Source of the DNA: Planctomycetota bacterium
GTDB lineage: Bacteria > Planctomycetota > PLA2 > JAEUHO01
Direction of reading: 5' to 3'
Assembly (NCBI GenBank): GCA_030065025.1
Contig: JASJDY010000014.1
Location: forward strand, 13,113 to 77,112
DNA length: 64,000 bases
Shown here: positions 1 through 9,679 of the stretch, in pieces
Numbering within the stretch: the first letter of the stretch is position 1
Layout: every line of letters begins with the position of its first letter
The notes under the pieces: model-generated
The model's database searches: none
Told to the model about the DNA's origin: nothing
Seen by the model: only the letters and a program-made list of their open reading frames with translations
Program-made: the position numbers and the translations under genes

Positions 1-1377
1 CGTCTCTTCTCGTGGCTGCGCACGGCCGTGTCCCAGACCGAGGCGGTCTACACGACCCTCACCGGTTGGTCGTACTACTACCTCTCGGTCGGCGGCGACG
101 TCGGCTACGACTCCGCCAACGGGTTCGCGAACAGCATCCCGATGGACGGCAAGCCCTTCGGCCTGAACGGCGACGTGTTCGAGAACACGCTGACCGACGG
201 CGGCGGCACGGACGCCATCAAGGGCAGCATCAAGTACGTCCGTAGCAACGACGGCGCCGCCGCAGGCATTCGCACGGGCGGCTACTGGTGGTCCAAGCCG
301 TGGCTCGGCGAGCTGTTCCAGGACTCGGCCTACACGACGCAGTGGGTGCCGTGGGGCAACCTGCGCGCCGACACGGGAACGACCTCCGGCGAGTACCGCC
401 TCGTGCGCCGGGGCGACCTGGCGGGCGCCCAGCAGCCGCGCGGCACGACGCTACGCAACGCGTACAACCGCACGCAGCGAGAGGGCTGCACCTCGATGTT
501 CAACGTCGGGACGTCGTCCAACACGTTCCACCACCAGAGTGTAGGGGGTGGAACGGGCGGCCTCGTCCAGGACGGCGTCGAGCTGGCGCTGAACTACAAC
601 TTCCCGCTGCCGACGCGCGCCCTGATCAGCCGTCCCTTCGGGCTGGCCGCGAGCGGGTCCGGCGGGGTGGGCGACGAGTTCTCGTACACCGACGCGTACC
701 CGCGCTATCTCGCGCAGATGGTGACGACCTTCTACGACCACACCAACGGCCAGACGGGTAGTGGGCTCGTCCGACTCCAGGAGCCGGGCGCCGATCCGCG
801 CGGCGGCTTCATCGTGGTGAACGGTATCGACCGCACGACGGAGTCGGGCTCGGCGTTCATCGCGCGCTACAGCCTGCTCTCCCTGCTCCACAGCTACTTC
901 GCAGCCGGCACGCCGGGTGGCGCGAACCGCATCCGCCAGCTGCCCCGACTGCAGATCGAGAGCCCGACGATCGTCTCCGAGCTGCTGGATCCGAGCACCA
1001 TCGAGGTGCAGTGGACGACCGACTGGTCGCGCTGGGACGGGATGCCGTACACGACGTCCTATCCCAATGGCTTCACGGAGGACGAGAGCGATCTGCGCTA
1101 CGTCCTCATGTACTCGGTCGACAACGGCGACAGCTGGAAGCACATGCTGGACGACAGCCGCGCGGAGCCGGGCGTGCTGCCCTGGATCGAGGGTGTCGGC
1201 CCCGATCCGGCGAAGGTCCTGACGGACATGAACCTCGGAGCCGACGAGTCGTGGTCGTGGCCGACGCCGTCCACCTCGTTCCCCGAGGGTTCGTACGTCA
1301 TCCGCATCGAGGGCTACCGCGCGTCCGAGTCGCTGCACTTCGTGCAGCACATGGAGAAGATCTATGTCAAGCGCTGA
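1..1377 (+). CDS. C-terminal part of a large hypothetical protein, probably exported or pilus-associated (5' truncated by window edge)
   Basis: Frame is open from base 1 to TGA at 1377. Gly/Ser/Thr/aromatic-rich sequence with a beta-rich C-terminus. Overlaps the downstream prepilin-type gene. Confidence 0.65.
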   Translation, partial: RLFSWLRTAVSQTEAVYTTLTGWSYYYLSVGGDVGYDSANGFANSIPMDGKPFGLNGDVFENTLTDGGGTDAIKGSIKYVRSNDGAAAGIRTGGYWWSKPWLGELFQDSAYTTQWVPWGNLRADTGTTSGEYRLVRRGDLAGAQQPRGTTLRNAYNRTQREGCTSMFNVGTSSNTFHHQSVGGGTGGLVQDGVELALNYNFPLPTRALISRPFGLAASGSGGVGDEFSYTDAYPRYLAQMVTTFYDHTNGQTGSGLVRLQEPGADPRGGFIVVNGIDRTTESGSAFIARYSLLSLLHSYFAAGTPGGANRIRQLPRLQIESPTIVSELLDPSTIEVQWTTDWSRWDGMPYTTSYPNGFTEDESDLRYVLMYSVDNGDSWKHMLDDSRAEPGVLPWIEGVGPDPAKVLTDMNLGADESWSWPTPSTSFPEGSYVIRIEGYRASESLHFVQHMEKIYVKR

Positions 1378-2383
1378 GCCCCATCGTCATGCCGCCCGCC
1401 GCATGCGTGCGGCCGGCTACAGCGCTCTCGAGGTGATGATCGCGGTCGCCATCCTCGCGCTGTTGACGCTCGTGATCGAGCGCACGCTCTCCACGGCCCA
1501 CGAGACCGAGCGCTATCTGGGCGGCATCCGCCACGTCACGGAGCGCGGACAGCGGATCGCTTACGAGGTGCGCGAGGTCGTCAGCTCGAGCCGCAAGCTG
1601 TTCCAGGGCGATGAGACGGGGCTCGGCTACTTCGACGCCCTCGACCTCTATGACCCGACGCCGCCGATCGCCACGATGCGGTTGCCCATGTTCGACGAGG
1701 TCCGCGGGCTGGGCCCCGACGACCCGGGCGATCCGCGCACGGGCAACACGCTGCTCTTCGTGCGCGAGTCGGACCCGGCGCCGTGCGTCGCGGATCCCGC
1801 CACGGGCAAGCTGCGTTACATCGACACGTACCGCTTCGTGTGCATCTACATCGCCGAAACCAAGCGCTACATCCTGGAGGAGCAGAGTCGCAAGCCGGCT
1901 CGCGACCTCATCTTCTGGCGCAGCATCGCGTATCCGAGCCACGGGCAGATCGCCAACATCAGCGATCCGACGGAGCGCGCTAGCGTCATTCGTGACCTGT
2001 ACGAGCGCTTCGGCTACGAGTACGCCTGGGACGCGGGCAAGTCGGTGAACGAAGCCTTCTTCGCGATGGACGCCTCGGGCACGATGAACGCCACGCCGGA
2101 GGCGGACTTCGTGATCGACCTGGACATGGACATGGTCGAACGCGGCAAGCTCGTCTACGCGAACACGCAGCTCGCGCGAACGAGAGCCGACTCCCATCCG
2201 CGCCGCGCCATCTTCACGGTGGACGATCCGAAGCTCTGGACGCCGGATGGCTTCGAAGTGAAGGTCGTCGGTGCGTCGGGCTCACGCAAGGTGTGGGTGC
2301 ATCTGGTGATCGAGACGCAGGCCGCCAAGGGCAAGGTCGCGACGCACGCGTCGACGGTCATCTCGAGCACCAAGGACCTGTAG
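1364..2383 (+). CDS. Prepilin-type N-terminal cleavage/methylation domain protein (pseudopilin-like)
   Basis: Basic leader, then G-YSALEVMIAVAILALL: Gly, Glu at +5, hydrophobic helix. Confidence 0.75.
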   Translation: MSSAEPHRHAARRMRAAGYSALEVMIAVAILALLTLVIERTLSTAHETERYLGGIRHVTERGQRIAYEVREVVSSSRKLFQGDETGLGYFDALDLYDPTPPIATMRLPMFDEVRGLGPDDPGDPRTGNTLLFVRESDPAPCVADPATGKLRYIDTYRFVCIYIAETKRYILEEQSRKPARDLIFWRSIAYPSHGQIANISDPTERASVIRDLYERFGYEYAWDAGKSVNEAFFAMDASGTMNATPEADFVIDLDMDMVERGKLVYANTQLARTRADSHPRRAIFTVDDPKLWTPDGFEVKVVGASGSRKVWVHLVIETQAAKGKVATHASTVISSTKDL

Positions 2384-2609
2384 GTCACGCCGCCTGCAGA
2401 CGGATGGTCCCCCGGAGGGGGGGATCTGCCCATCACGAATGCGAGCGCGGACTCGAGCGCGTTCTCGTGACGGCTTGAGGTGCGGCCGTCGCTGCCGACC
2501 AAGCCGGTCGCTGGCCGCACTGCGACAACCTCCAGTAGATCGACGGCCGCCTGCCGCCCCCCCTCAAGGGTGAGGGCGACAGGCGCCCTCCGATCCTAGA
2601 GGTACTCAC

Positions 2610-2996
2610 ATGTCCCACCCGACCACGACCGGCTTCGCCCATCAGCGACTCGACGCCTTTCATGCGGCCATGGAACTGACGATTGGTGTCGAGCGCCTCA
2701 CCACAGCGTTCCCCCGTGGCCATTCGAACCTGAAGGACCAGGTCCGACGCGCCGCCTCCGCAACCATGCGCAACATCACCGAAGGCGCGAACCGGTGGAG
2801 CTCGCGAGACAAGTCTGCTCGCTTTGTCATCGCTCGCGGTGAGTGCGGTGAGTGCGACGCAGCTCTCGAGATGATCGAGCGTCTTGGGCTGGCCTCGGGT
2901 CACGACATCCGCGCTATCCGCCGCTTGGCGGACCGCGTTGGTGCCATGCTCACAGGCTTGATCAAGCGACATCGCGCGGCCGACGAATCATCGTAG
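2610..2996 (+). CDS. Four helix bundle protein (23S rRNA IVP/Avd-like superfamily), copy 1
   Basis: HQRLDAF, LKDQVRRAASATMRNITEG and ARGECGECDAAL match the family pattern DQxRRAaxSxxxNIaEG. RBS AGAGGT upstream. Confidence 0.85.
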   Translation: MSHPTTTGFAHQRLDAFHAAMELTIGVERLTTAFPRGHSNLKDQVRRAASATMRNITEGANRWSSRDKSARFVIARGECGECDAALEMIERLGLASGHDIRAIRRLADRVGAMLTGLIKRHRAADESS

Positions 2997-3008
2997 CCGC
3001 CATGCGAA

Positions 3009-3854
3009 CTAGCTCGGTGTCGCCACCGCCGGCGCGAAGCGCGCGCTGCGGATCTCGCCTGCCTCGAGCACGAGGTAGCGCGACGGCTCCACCTCCTCCC
3101 ACACCTCCGAGAGCTCGGTGAGCGGCTCGGAGACGATCGCGCGGGCATCCTCGGAGAAGACGCCGAGGTGATCGGCGTGCTCACTAGGGACGAGCTGCCG
3201 CAACGCGGCAACGCGCTTGGAGTGGTACATCGTCGGAGCAGCGCCCTCTGTCGCGTAGCGCACCGCGTGCACGGCCCGCCCGTCGGACAGCGCGACCGCC
3301 ATCTCGACTCCCTCGTTGACGCCGTGGGCGCGACAGACATCCTCGATGAAGCCGGCCGTGCGCTCGAGGGCACCCTGCACGTCCTGCTCCAAGCCGAAGC
3401 CGAGCGCCAGATGGAACATCACCTCGGAGTCGGTGGTGCCCTCGACGTAGCGGAAGAGGTCGGCGGGAATCTCCAGCACAAGCTCACGGCGAACCTCGTT
3501 CCATCCGTGGATCTGGCCGTTGTGGACGAAGAGCCAGCGTCCGTGCCGGAACGGATGACAGTTGCTGTACTGCGTGGCCGTGTGCGTCGCGGCACGGACG
3601 TGCGCGAGGAAGAGGGGCGAGCGGACGTGCTGGCAGAGGTCGAAGAGGTTCGGATCGCTCCAAGCCGGCTGCACGTGCTTGTACAGCCCGGGACGCTCGG
3701 TGGCGTCGTACCAGCCCACACCGAAGCCGTCCCCGTTGGTCGTGGTGGCCGAGGCGCGGGCCGAGAGGCTCTGGTCGATCAGCGAGTGGCGGGGCCGCAA
3801 GATCAGCTCCCGCAAGTAGATGGGACCACCCGCGTAAGCCAGCCAACGACACAT
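3009..3854 (-). CDS. Class II glutamine amidotransferase (YafJ/EgtC-like)
   Basis: N-terminal MCRW (Cys2), NGDGFGVGWY, NCHPF, HNG, GTTDSE. Confidence 0.9.
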   Translation of the reverse strand: MCRWLAYAGGPIYLRELILRPRHSLIDQSLSARASATTTNGDGFGVGWYDATERPGLYKHVQPAWSDPNLFDLCQHVRSPLFLAHVRAATHTATQYSNCHPFRHGRWLFVHNGQIHGWNEVRRELVLEIPADLFRYVEGTTDSEVMFHLALGFGLEQDVQGALERTAGFIEDVCRAHGVNEGVEMAVALSDGRAVHAVRYATEGAAPTMYHSKRVAALRQLVPSEHADHLGVFSEDARAIVSEPLTELSEVWEEVEPSRYLVLEAGEIRSARFAPAVATPS

Positions 3855-3891
3855 GATCGATCTCCCCGGCCCGGAGGCCGGTCTCAGGAGG

Positions 3892-4074
3892 TCAGGCCTT
3901 CTCCTCCTCGGTGGCTTCGGTCTCGTCCTCGTCCTCGGGCAGCTGGAGGTAGCGCTGTGCGATCGCCTCGTGGTCGTCTTCCTCGGGCAGGCGGTCCTTC
4001 ATCCGGGCCTTCTTCTCGCGGCGCTTCTGCGCCTTGCGCCGCTCCCGGGCGCGCTTGGACGGAGAATCGGACAT
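3892..4074 (-). CDS. Small 60-aa protein, basic N-half and acidic C-half
   Basis: GAGGTG RBS 6 nt upstream of ATG at 4074. MSDSPSKRARERRKAQKRREKK...EDEDETEATEEEKA. Confidence 0.6.
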   Translation of the reverse strand: MSDSPSKRARERRKAQKRREKKARMKDRLPEEDDHEAIAQRYLQLPEDEDETEATEEEKA

Positions 4075-4280
4075 AGGCGTCACCTCGCTGCTGAACCCGC
4101 CCGCGAAGGGCGTTCGGCCCACAGGTTCGCACGGATCGGCGGGATGCACAGTCAGGTTCCGGCTGCCCGGGGATTCGCGGCGCCGAAGTCGCCCGCGGGA
4201 GCGGGGACTTCTGGCATAGCGCCCGGCTCGCGGTGAGGATCAGCGGCCAGCAGCCGCGTCGTATCGGGGATCCGAGCCGT

Positions 4281-5369
4281 ATGCAGACCACCAAGGCCGT
4301 GTTCCAGCGAGGCGCCTCGAGCGCGTTCGTCCGGGAGGTGAAGGACGAGGTCGCCTCGTACTTCCGGGATCGCGGTATCTCGGACAAGGCGAACGCAGCG
4401 ATGGTCGCGAAGACCGTCTTGCTCCTCGGGGTGACGTTCGGCGCCTACGGGCTGCTCTTCACGGGCTGGTTCTCGCCGCTCGGCATGCTCGGCCTCGCGA
4501 TCGTCATGGGTATCGGCTGGGCCGGCATCGGCTTCGGCATCGGACACGACGCGATCCACGGGGCCTACTCGAAGCACACGTGGGTGAACCGGCTGCTGGG
4601 CTACAGCTTCGAGCTCCTGGGCGCGAGCAGCTACATGTGGCGGCTCACGCACAACGGCATCCACCACACGTGGACGAATGTCCGCGACATCGACGAGGAC
4701 CTCGTGGTCACGCCGGTCCTGCGGCTGACGCCGCACTCCGAGCGGCGCTGGTTCCACCGCTTCCAGACCCTGTTCGCGCTGCCCGCCTACGCCACGGCAA
4801 CCCTCTTCTGGGTCTTCGCCAAGGACTACAAGTACTTCTTCGCGCGGCAGCTGGGCCCCCACCGCGACAGGCGCCATCCGCCGAGCGCCTGGGTCGGGAT
4901 GGTCCTCGGCAAGGTGGTCCACTACGGCTGGACGATCGTGCTGCCGCTGCTCTTCCTGGACCTCGCGTGGTGGCAGTTCGTGATCGGCTACCTGACCGTG
5001 CACCTCACGGCCGGGCTGATCCTCGGCGTCATCTTCATGCTCGCGCACGTCGTGGAGCAGGTGGAGTACCCGGAGCCCGACACCGAGGGCCAGCTCCCGG
5101 ACGCGTGGATGGTGCACCAGCTGCGTACGACGGCGGACTTCGCCCGCCGCAACCGCCTGTTGGGCTGGTACGTCGGCGGCCTCAACTTCCAGGTGGAGCA
5201 CCACCTCTTCCCCAAGGTGTGCAGCGTCCACTACCACAAGATCAGTCCGATCGTCGAGGAGGTCGCCCGCAAGCACGGGGTGCCGTTCAACGACAACCCG
5301 ACGTTCCTCCGGGCCCTGGGCTCCCACTTCCGCATGCTGCACCGCCTGGGACGCCCCGCCGCGGCCTAG
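4281..5369 (+). CDS. Membrane fatty acid (acyl-lipid/acyl-CoA) desaturase
   Basis: His boxes HDAIH, HNGIHH and QVEHH, with TM segments. Start at 4281 is preferred over the ORF-track start at 4233. Confidence 0.9.
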   Translation: MQTTKAVFQRGASSAFVREVKDEVASYFRDRGISDKANAAMVAKTVLLLGVTFGAYGLLFTGWFSPLGMLGLAIVMGIGWAGIGFGIGHDAIHGAYSKHTWVNRLLGYSFELLGASSYMWRLTHNGIHHTWTNVRDIDEDLVVTPVLRLTPHSERRWFHRFQTLFALPAYATATLFWVFAKDYKYFFARQLGPHRDRRHPPSAWVGMVLGKVVHYGWTIVLPLLFLDLAWWQFVIGYLTVHLTAGLILGVIFMLAHVVEQVEYPEPDTEGQLPDAWMVHQLRTTADFARRNRLLGWYVGGLNFQVEHHLFPKVCSVHYHKISPIVEEVARKHGVPFNDNPTFLRALGSHFRMLHRLGRPAAA

Positions 5370-5545
5370 GAGGCCGTCCGCGGCCGATGTGCCGGGAATC
5401 CCCCAACCGGGTGCGTGAGGTTCCGCGATCCAGTCCGCTACGGTGCGGACTGCGCGAGGTTGCGCATGCGCACGCGGTTTGCAATCCTGCGTGGGTCCTG
5501 TGCGACCCGCTGCGGGCGGGCCGCGCCGCGCCACGGGAGGACGTC

Positions 5546-5974
5546 ATGCGCATGCAGACCCTGGTCCAGATCTTCAAGTCCCTGGGAGTGGCCCTCCTCG
5601 TAGCCGGCATCCTGTTCGGTGCGGCCATCGGATGGGATGCGGACGGTGGCATCCGAGCACTCTGGCTGGCGACGGGTCTGGCCTTCTTCGCCACCGCGGT
5701 CGGATTGGTCATCGCGGCCGCCCTGCGCGACGCCCGCGCGCGTCCCGACGGCGCACCCACCGCGTTCCGCGTGGGCCTCGGTGTGAGCTGGCTGCTGATG
5801 CTGCTGTTCTCGGCGCCCTTCCTGCTCTCGAGCTTCGTGACGCCGCTGCCGTACCTCATCTGGCTCGTGCTGCACGCTGTCGGCCAACTGGTCCTGCAGA
5901 TGGTGACGTTCCGCGGCGAGGACCCCGACGAGGTCGCACGCCGCACGAAGCTCAACGCAGGCATGACGCCCTAG
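5546..5974 (+). CDS. Hypothetical membrane protein, about 4 TM
   Basis: GGGAGG RBS before ATG 5546. Hydrophobic helices. Confidence 0.65.
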   Translation: MRMQTLVQIFKSLGVALLVAGILFGAAIGWDADGGIRALWLATGLAFFATAVGLVIAAALRDARARPDGAPTAFRVGLGVSWLLMLLFSAPFLLSSFVTPLPYLIWLVLHAVGQLVLQMVTFRGEDPDEVARRTKLNAGMTP

Positions 5975-5977
5975 GGT

Positions 5978-7741
5978 TCACGCCCCGGCCTGCTTGCTCT
6001 CCAGCTCTTCCCAGCGCGCGTACGCCTGCGCGATGGCTGCATCGAACTCCGTCAGCCGCTGGCGCGCCTCGGCGATCTTCTCTCCAGGGCCCTTGAGGAA
6101 GGTCGGGTCGGCGAGGATGTCGTGGAGCCGAGCCTGACCGGCTTCCAGCTTCTCGATGCGCGCGGGCAGGTCGCGCAGGGCTTGCTTCTCCTCGCGACTG
6201 AGACGTGAGGTCGCTCGCTTCGGCGCAGGCTTGTCGGGCTTCTTCGGCGCAGGCGGTCGCGGAGCGTCGTCGCCGCGCTGCGCCAGCCAGTCGGAGTAGC
6301 CCCCCACGTAGGCCCCGACCACGCCGTCATCCTCCAACACCAGGGTGCTGGTGACGACGTGATCCAGGAGCTCCCGGTCGTGGCTCACCACGAGAATCGT
6401 GCCGTCGTACTCCGCGAGCAGGTCCTCGAGTACCTCGAGCGTCTCGACGTCGAGGTCGTTCGTCGGCTCGTCGAGCACGAGGAGGTTCGACGGGCGGCAG
6501 AAGAGACGGGCGAGCAGCAGCCGGTTGCGCTCCCCACCGGAGAAGTGTCGGATGCCGCCGCGCGCCTGGTCCGCGGTGAAGAGGAAGTCGCCGAGGTAGC
6601 TGACCACGTGGCGCTCGCGCCCCCCCACGCGGACGGTCTGATCGCCGCCGCTGACGTTGTCGGCTGCCGAGCGGTCCTCATCGAGCGTGGCGTGCAGCTG
6701 GTCGAAGTATGCGATCTCCAGGTTCGTACCCAGGCGGACGCGTCCTTCCTGCGGTCGCAGCTCGCCGAGCAGCAGGCGCAGCAAGGTGGTCTTGCCGGAT
6801 CCGTTCGGCCCGACGATGCCGACCCGGTCGCCCCGCAGGATCTCCGTCGTGAGCCCGGACACGATGGGCGCGCCCTCCCAGCCGTAGCCGAGGTTCTCCG
6901 TCCGGACCACGATGCGGCCCGAGGGTGCCGCCGAGGAGGCCTGCATGCGCACCGACGCGCCGCGTTCCCGTCGCGCCTCGCGTTCGCTCCGCATGTCCTG
7001 CAGTCGCCGGACGCGGCCCTGGTTGCGTTTGCGGCGCTCGCGCACGCCGCGGCGGATCCACACCTCCTCCTCAGCGAGCTTGCGATCGAACTGCCGACGG
7101 CTCCGCGCCTCCACGCTCAGCTCGGCCTCCTTGCGCTCGAGGAAGGCGTCGTAGTCGGCGGGGTGGCGCGTGAGCTGGCCTCGGTCGAGATCGAGGATCC
7201 CGGTCGCCAGGCGCCGCAAGAAGGCGCGGTCGTGCGTCACGAAGAGCAGCGTCCGGTTCTGCCGGCGCAGGAACTCCTCCAGCCACTCGATCGAGTCGAT
7301 GTCGAGGTGGTTCGTCGGCTCGTCGAGCAGGAGCAGGTCCGGGTCGCTCACGAGCGCGCGGGCCAGCAGCGCACGTCGCTTCAGCCCCGCCGAGAGCTGG
7401 TCCACGCGTGCGGCGGGGTCGAGGCCGACGCGGGTGATCGCGGCATCCGCCGCGTGGGCGTCGGCCCCGCTGCCCTCGAGCGCGAGGTCGTGCACCGTGC
7501 CGTGCAGATCCGCCGGCACGTGCTGCTCGAGCGAGGCGATGGACACGTCGGCCTCGCGAACGACCGCGCCGGCGTCGGGGTGCAGTGTGCCCTGCAGGAG
7601 CTGCAGCAGGGTCGACTTGCCGGCCCCGTTGCGTCCCAGGAGCGCCAGACGCTCGCCGCGATCGATCACGAGATCGACGCCGTCGAGCACGGGCGGTCCG
7701 CCGAACGCGACCGTGGCCTTCTGGAGCTGGATCAGCGGCAC
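5978..7741 (-). CDS. uup: ABC-F family ATPase, Uup-like
   Basis: Two Walker A motifs (GRNGAGKST, GPNGSGKTT), two LDEPTN motifs, linker, C-terminal coiled coil ending AYARWEELE. Confidence 0.9.
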   Translation of the reverse strand: MPLIQLQKATVAFGGPPVLDGVDLVIDRGERLALLGRNGAGKSTLLQLLQGTLHPDAGAVVREADVSIASLEQHVPADLHGTVHDLALEGSGADAHAADAAITRVGLDPAARVDQLSAGLKRRALLARALVSDPDLLLLDEPTNHLDIDSIEWLEEFLRRQNRTLLFVTHDRAFLRRLATGILDLDRGQLTRHPADYDAFLERKEAELSVEARSRRQFDRKLAEEEVWIRRGVRERRKRNQGRVRRLQDMRSEREARRERGASVRMQASSAAPSGRIVVRTENLGYGWEGAPIVSGLTTEILRGDRVGIVGPNGSGKTTLLRLLLGELRPQEGRVRLGTNLEIAYFDQLHATLDEDRSAADNVSGGDQTVRVGGRERHVVSYLGDFLFTADQARGGIRHFSGGERNRLLLARLFCRPSNLLVLDEPTNDLDVETLEVLEDLLAEYDGTILVVSHDRELLDHVVTSTLVLEDDGVVGAYVGGYSDWLAQRGDDAPRPPAPKKPDKPAPKRATSRLSREEKQALRDLPARIEKLEAGQARLHDILADPTFLKGPGEKIAEARQRLTEFDAAIAQAYARWEELESKQAGA

Positions 7742-7806
7742 GCGCGTCAGGGTAGCGCGGGGTATCCCGCGAGCAGCACCGTTGCCCGCTCGCGTAGCAT
7801 CCGGTC

Positions 7807-8274
7807 ATGGCCGCCTCGTCCACCCGTCGCTCCGCTCTCCGCGTCGTGGGCTGGATCCTGCTCGCGCTGGGCCTGCTCGCGTGGCCCGTGGCCCGCGCCG
7901 TGGATGCCGCTTGGGGCACCGACGTCACGCTGCTCTCCCGCCTACGCACGGCCGAGGAGCGCGAGGCTTGGCGGCGCGGTGGCTGGGATCCCGCGACGGG
8001 CCTGCCTGGACTCTACGGCGTGAAGGACGCTAGGGATCGCGTACGCCTCGTGGGTGTGGAGGAGGAGCGGCTCGTCCGCCCCGAAGAGGATCCCACCCAG
8101 GCTCTGCTGCTGCTCGATGCGCGCGGCGGCCAGGGTCTGCTCCGTGCGCGCGAACTCCGCTTCCGCGCCGCCCTGATCGGGCTCGCGCTAGGTCTTCTCG
8201 GAACTCTGCTGCTCCTGCGAGCGCGGCGTCTCAGCCGCGCGTCTCGGACTTCGCCACCTGCACCGCCTCGATGA
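7807..8274 (+). CDS. Hypothetical membrane protein, two terminal TM helices
   Basis: ORF with hydrophobic helices near both ends. Fills the gap between genes. Confidence 0.55.
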   Translation: MAASSTRRSALRVVGWILLALGLLAWPVARAVDAAWGTDVTLLSRLRTAEEREAWRRGGWDPATGLPGLYGVKDARDRVRLVGVEEERLVRPEEDPTQALLLLDARGGQGLLRARELRFRAALIGLALGLLGTLLLLRARRLSRASRTSPPAPPR

Positions 8275-8452
8275 GGGAGTCGACCTCCGCCGTCTTCGTG
8301 GCGTGATCGGTAGCCTCGGTGATGCGGTGCATGTGATCGACGAGCTCGACCTTGTCGGCGCAAGGCACACAGAGCCGGATCTTGGTGGGCGTCATCTCGT
8401 GGAACACGGTGCGCTCATAGTCGGCATGGCCGCGACAGACGTTGCAGAGCAT
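8231..8452 (-). CDS. Small putative zinc-binding protein (CxxC-x21-CxxC)
   Basis: Strong RBS GGAGGGAGG. MLCNVC...LCVPC followed by a helical tail. Confidence 0.7.
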   Translation of the reverse strand: MLCNVCRGHADYERTVFHEMTPTKIRLCVPCADKVELVDHMHRITEATDHATKTAEVDSLIEAVQVAKSETRG

Positions 8453-8589
8453 GGGCCTCCCTCCGTCCTTGTCTCCTTCCGATGCTACAGGAGGCTGCCT
8501 CGTCTGGGAACGGACTTGCGTTCAAACGTCAACGTAGTGACACGATCGGCCCGCGGCCATACTGACGGCGCGGAGCTGGAGGACGCGCC

Positions 8590-9606
8590 ATGACCGGAGC
8601 ACAGGTCGCGCGATTCGCCCACGTCGCCGTTGCGGGCATCACGCGGGAGTACCCGCACAAACCGGGGCAGGTCATCGCCGGCCCGCACGACGTTCGCGCT
8701 CCGCGCGCGGTGCACCCGGCCTTCTACGGCTGCTTCGACTGGCACTCCGCGGTGCACGGCCACTGGTGCCTCGTGCGCCTGCTCAAGCGGCATCCCGAGT
8801 GGACAGACGGTCGCGACGCCGCCCTCGCTGCCGTCACGACGAACCTCACAGCCGAGAACCTCGTGGCGGAGGCGGCGCTCTTCGACCAGCCGTCGAACCA
8901 CGCGTTTGAGCGCACCTACGGATGGGCCTGGCTGCTGCGCCTCGCGCAGGAACTTCACACCTGGGACACCGAAGACGCACGTGCGCTCGCGTCGAATCTG
9001 CGTCCGCTGGAGGCACGCCTCGTCGAGCTGGCCAAGGCCTACCTGCCGCAGCTGACGATGCCGGTCCGGTCCGGCGAACACGGTGACACGGCCTTCGCGT
9101 TGGCGTTCTTTCTCGACTACGCCCGCACCGTGCAGGACGTCCAGCTCGAGCAGCTCTGCACGCAGCGCGCAAGCGAGTACTACAGGGAGGACGTCGACTA
9201 CCCGAGTGCGTACGAGCCGTCGGGACACGACTTCTTCTCAGCCGGCCTGAACGAAGCGGACCTCATGCGCCGGGTCCTGCCGCCCGCGGAGTACGCGGTG
9301 TGGCTCGACGCCTTCCTCCCCGGCCTCGCCGGCGGCGACCTCGGTCCCCTCGCACGACCGGCGTCGGTCAGCGACGTGACGGACGGGAAGCTCGTGCACC
9401 TCGCCGGACTGAACCTCACTCGGGCCTGGACCCTGCGCGGCATCGCACAAGCGCTACCCGCGGAGGACACGCGCCGCACCTACCTGGAGGACCGAGCACA
9501 GGCGCACACGCAGGCGGGCCTGGACTACGTCTTCAGCGGTCACTACGCGGGCGAGCACTGGCTGGCCAGCTTCGCCGTCTATCTCCTGACGGATGCCGGT
9601 CTGTAG
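8590..9606 (+). CDS. DUF2891 family protein
   Basis: REYPHK, HPAFYGCFDWHSAVHGHW, FERTYGWAWLL, YAGEHWLASFA. GGAGG RBS. Confidence 0.85.
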   Translation: MTGAQVARFAHVAVAGITREYPHKPGQVIAGPHDVRAPRAVHPAFYGCFDWHSAVHGHWCLVRLLKRHPEWTDGRDAALAAVTTNLTAENLVAEAALFDQPSNHAFERTYGWAWLLRLAQELHTWDTEDARALASNLRPLEARLVELAKAYLPQLTMPVRSGEHGDTAFALAFFLDYARTVQDVQLEQLCTQRASEYYREDVDYPSAYEPSGHDFFSAGLNEADLMRRVLPPAEYAVWLDAFLPGLAGGDLGPLARPASVSDVTDGKLVHLAGLNLTRAWTLRGIAQALPAEDTRRTYLEDRAQAHTQAGLDYVFSGHYAGEHWLASFAVYLLTDAGL

Positions 9607-9613
9607 GCGAGCG

Positions 9614-9657
9614 CAAAACGAACCACGGGCGGCGAGCCGTGAGGCGCGCCGCCCGTG
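9614..9657 (-). terminator. Intrinsic terminator between convergent genes
   Basis: 11-bp stem CACGGGCGGCG/CGCCGCCCGTG (9624-9634/9647-9657), followed by a U-rich run on the minus strand. Confidence 0.6.
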
Positions 9658-9679
9658 ATCGCGTCGTCGTGACGAGCGA

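Noticed and set aside
1364-2996. Diversity-generating retroelement (Avd-like gene beside a pilin-like gene)
   Set aside because: No reverse transcriptase and no TR/VR pair with adenine-specific mismatches seen in the window.
3009-3854. Ergothioneine biosynthesis cluster
   Set aside because: Only an EgtC-like amidotransferase. No egtB or egtD nearby.
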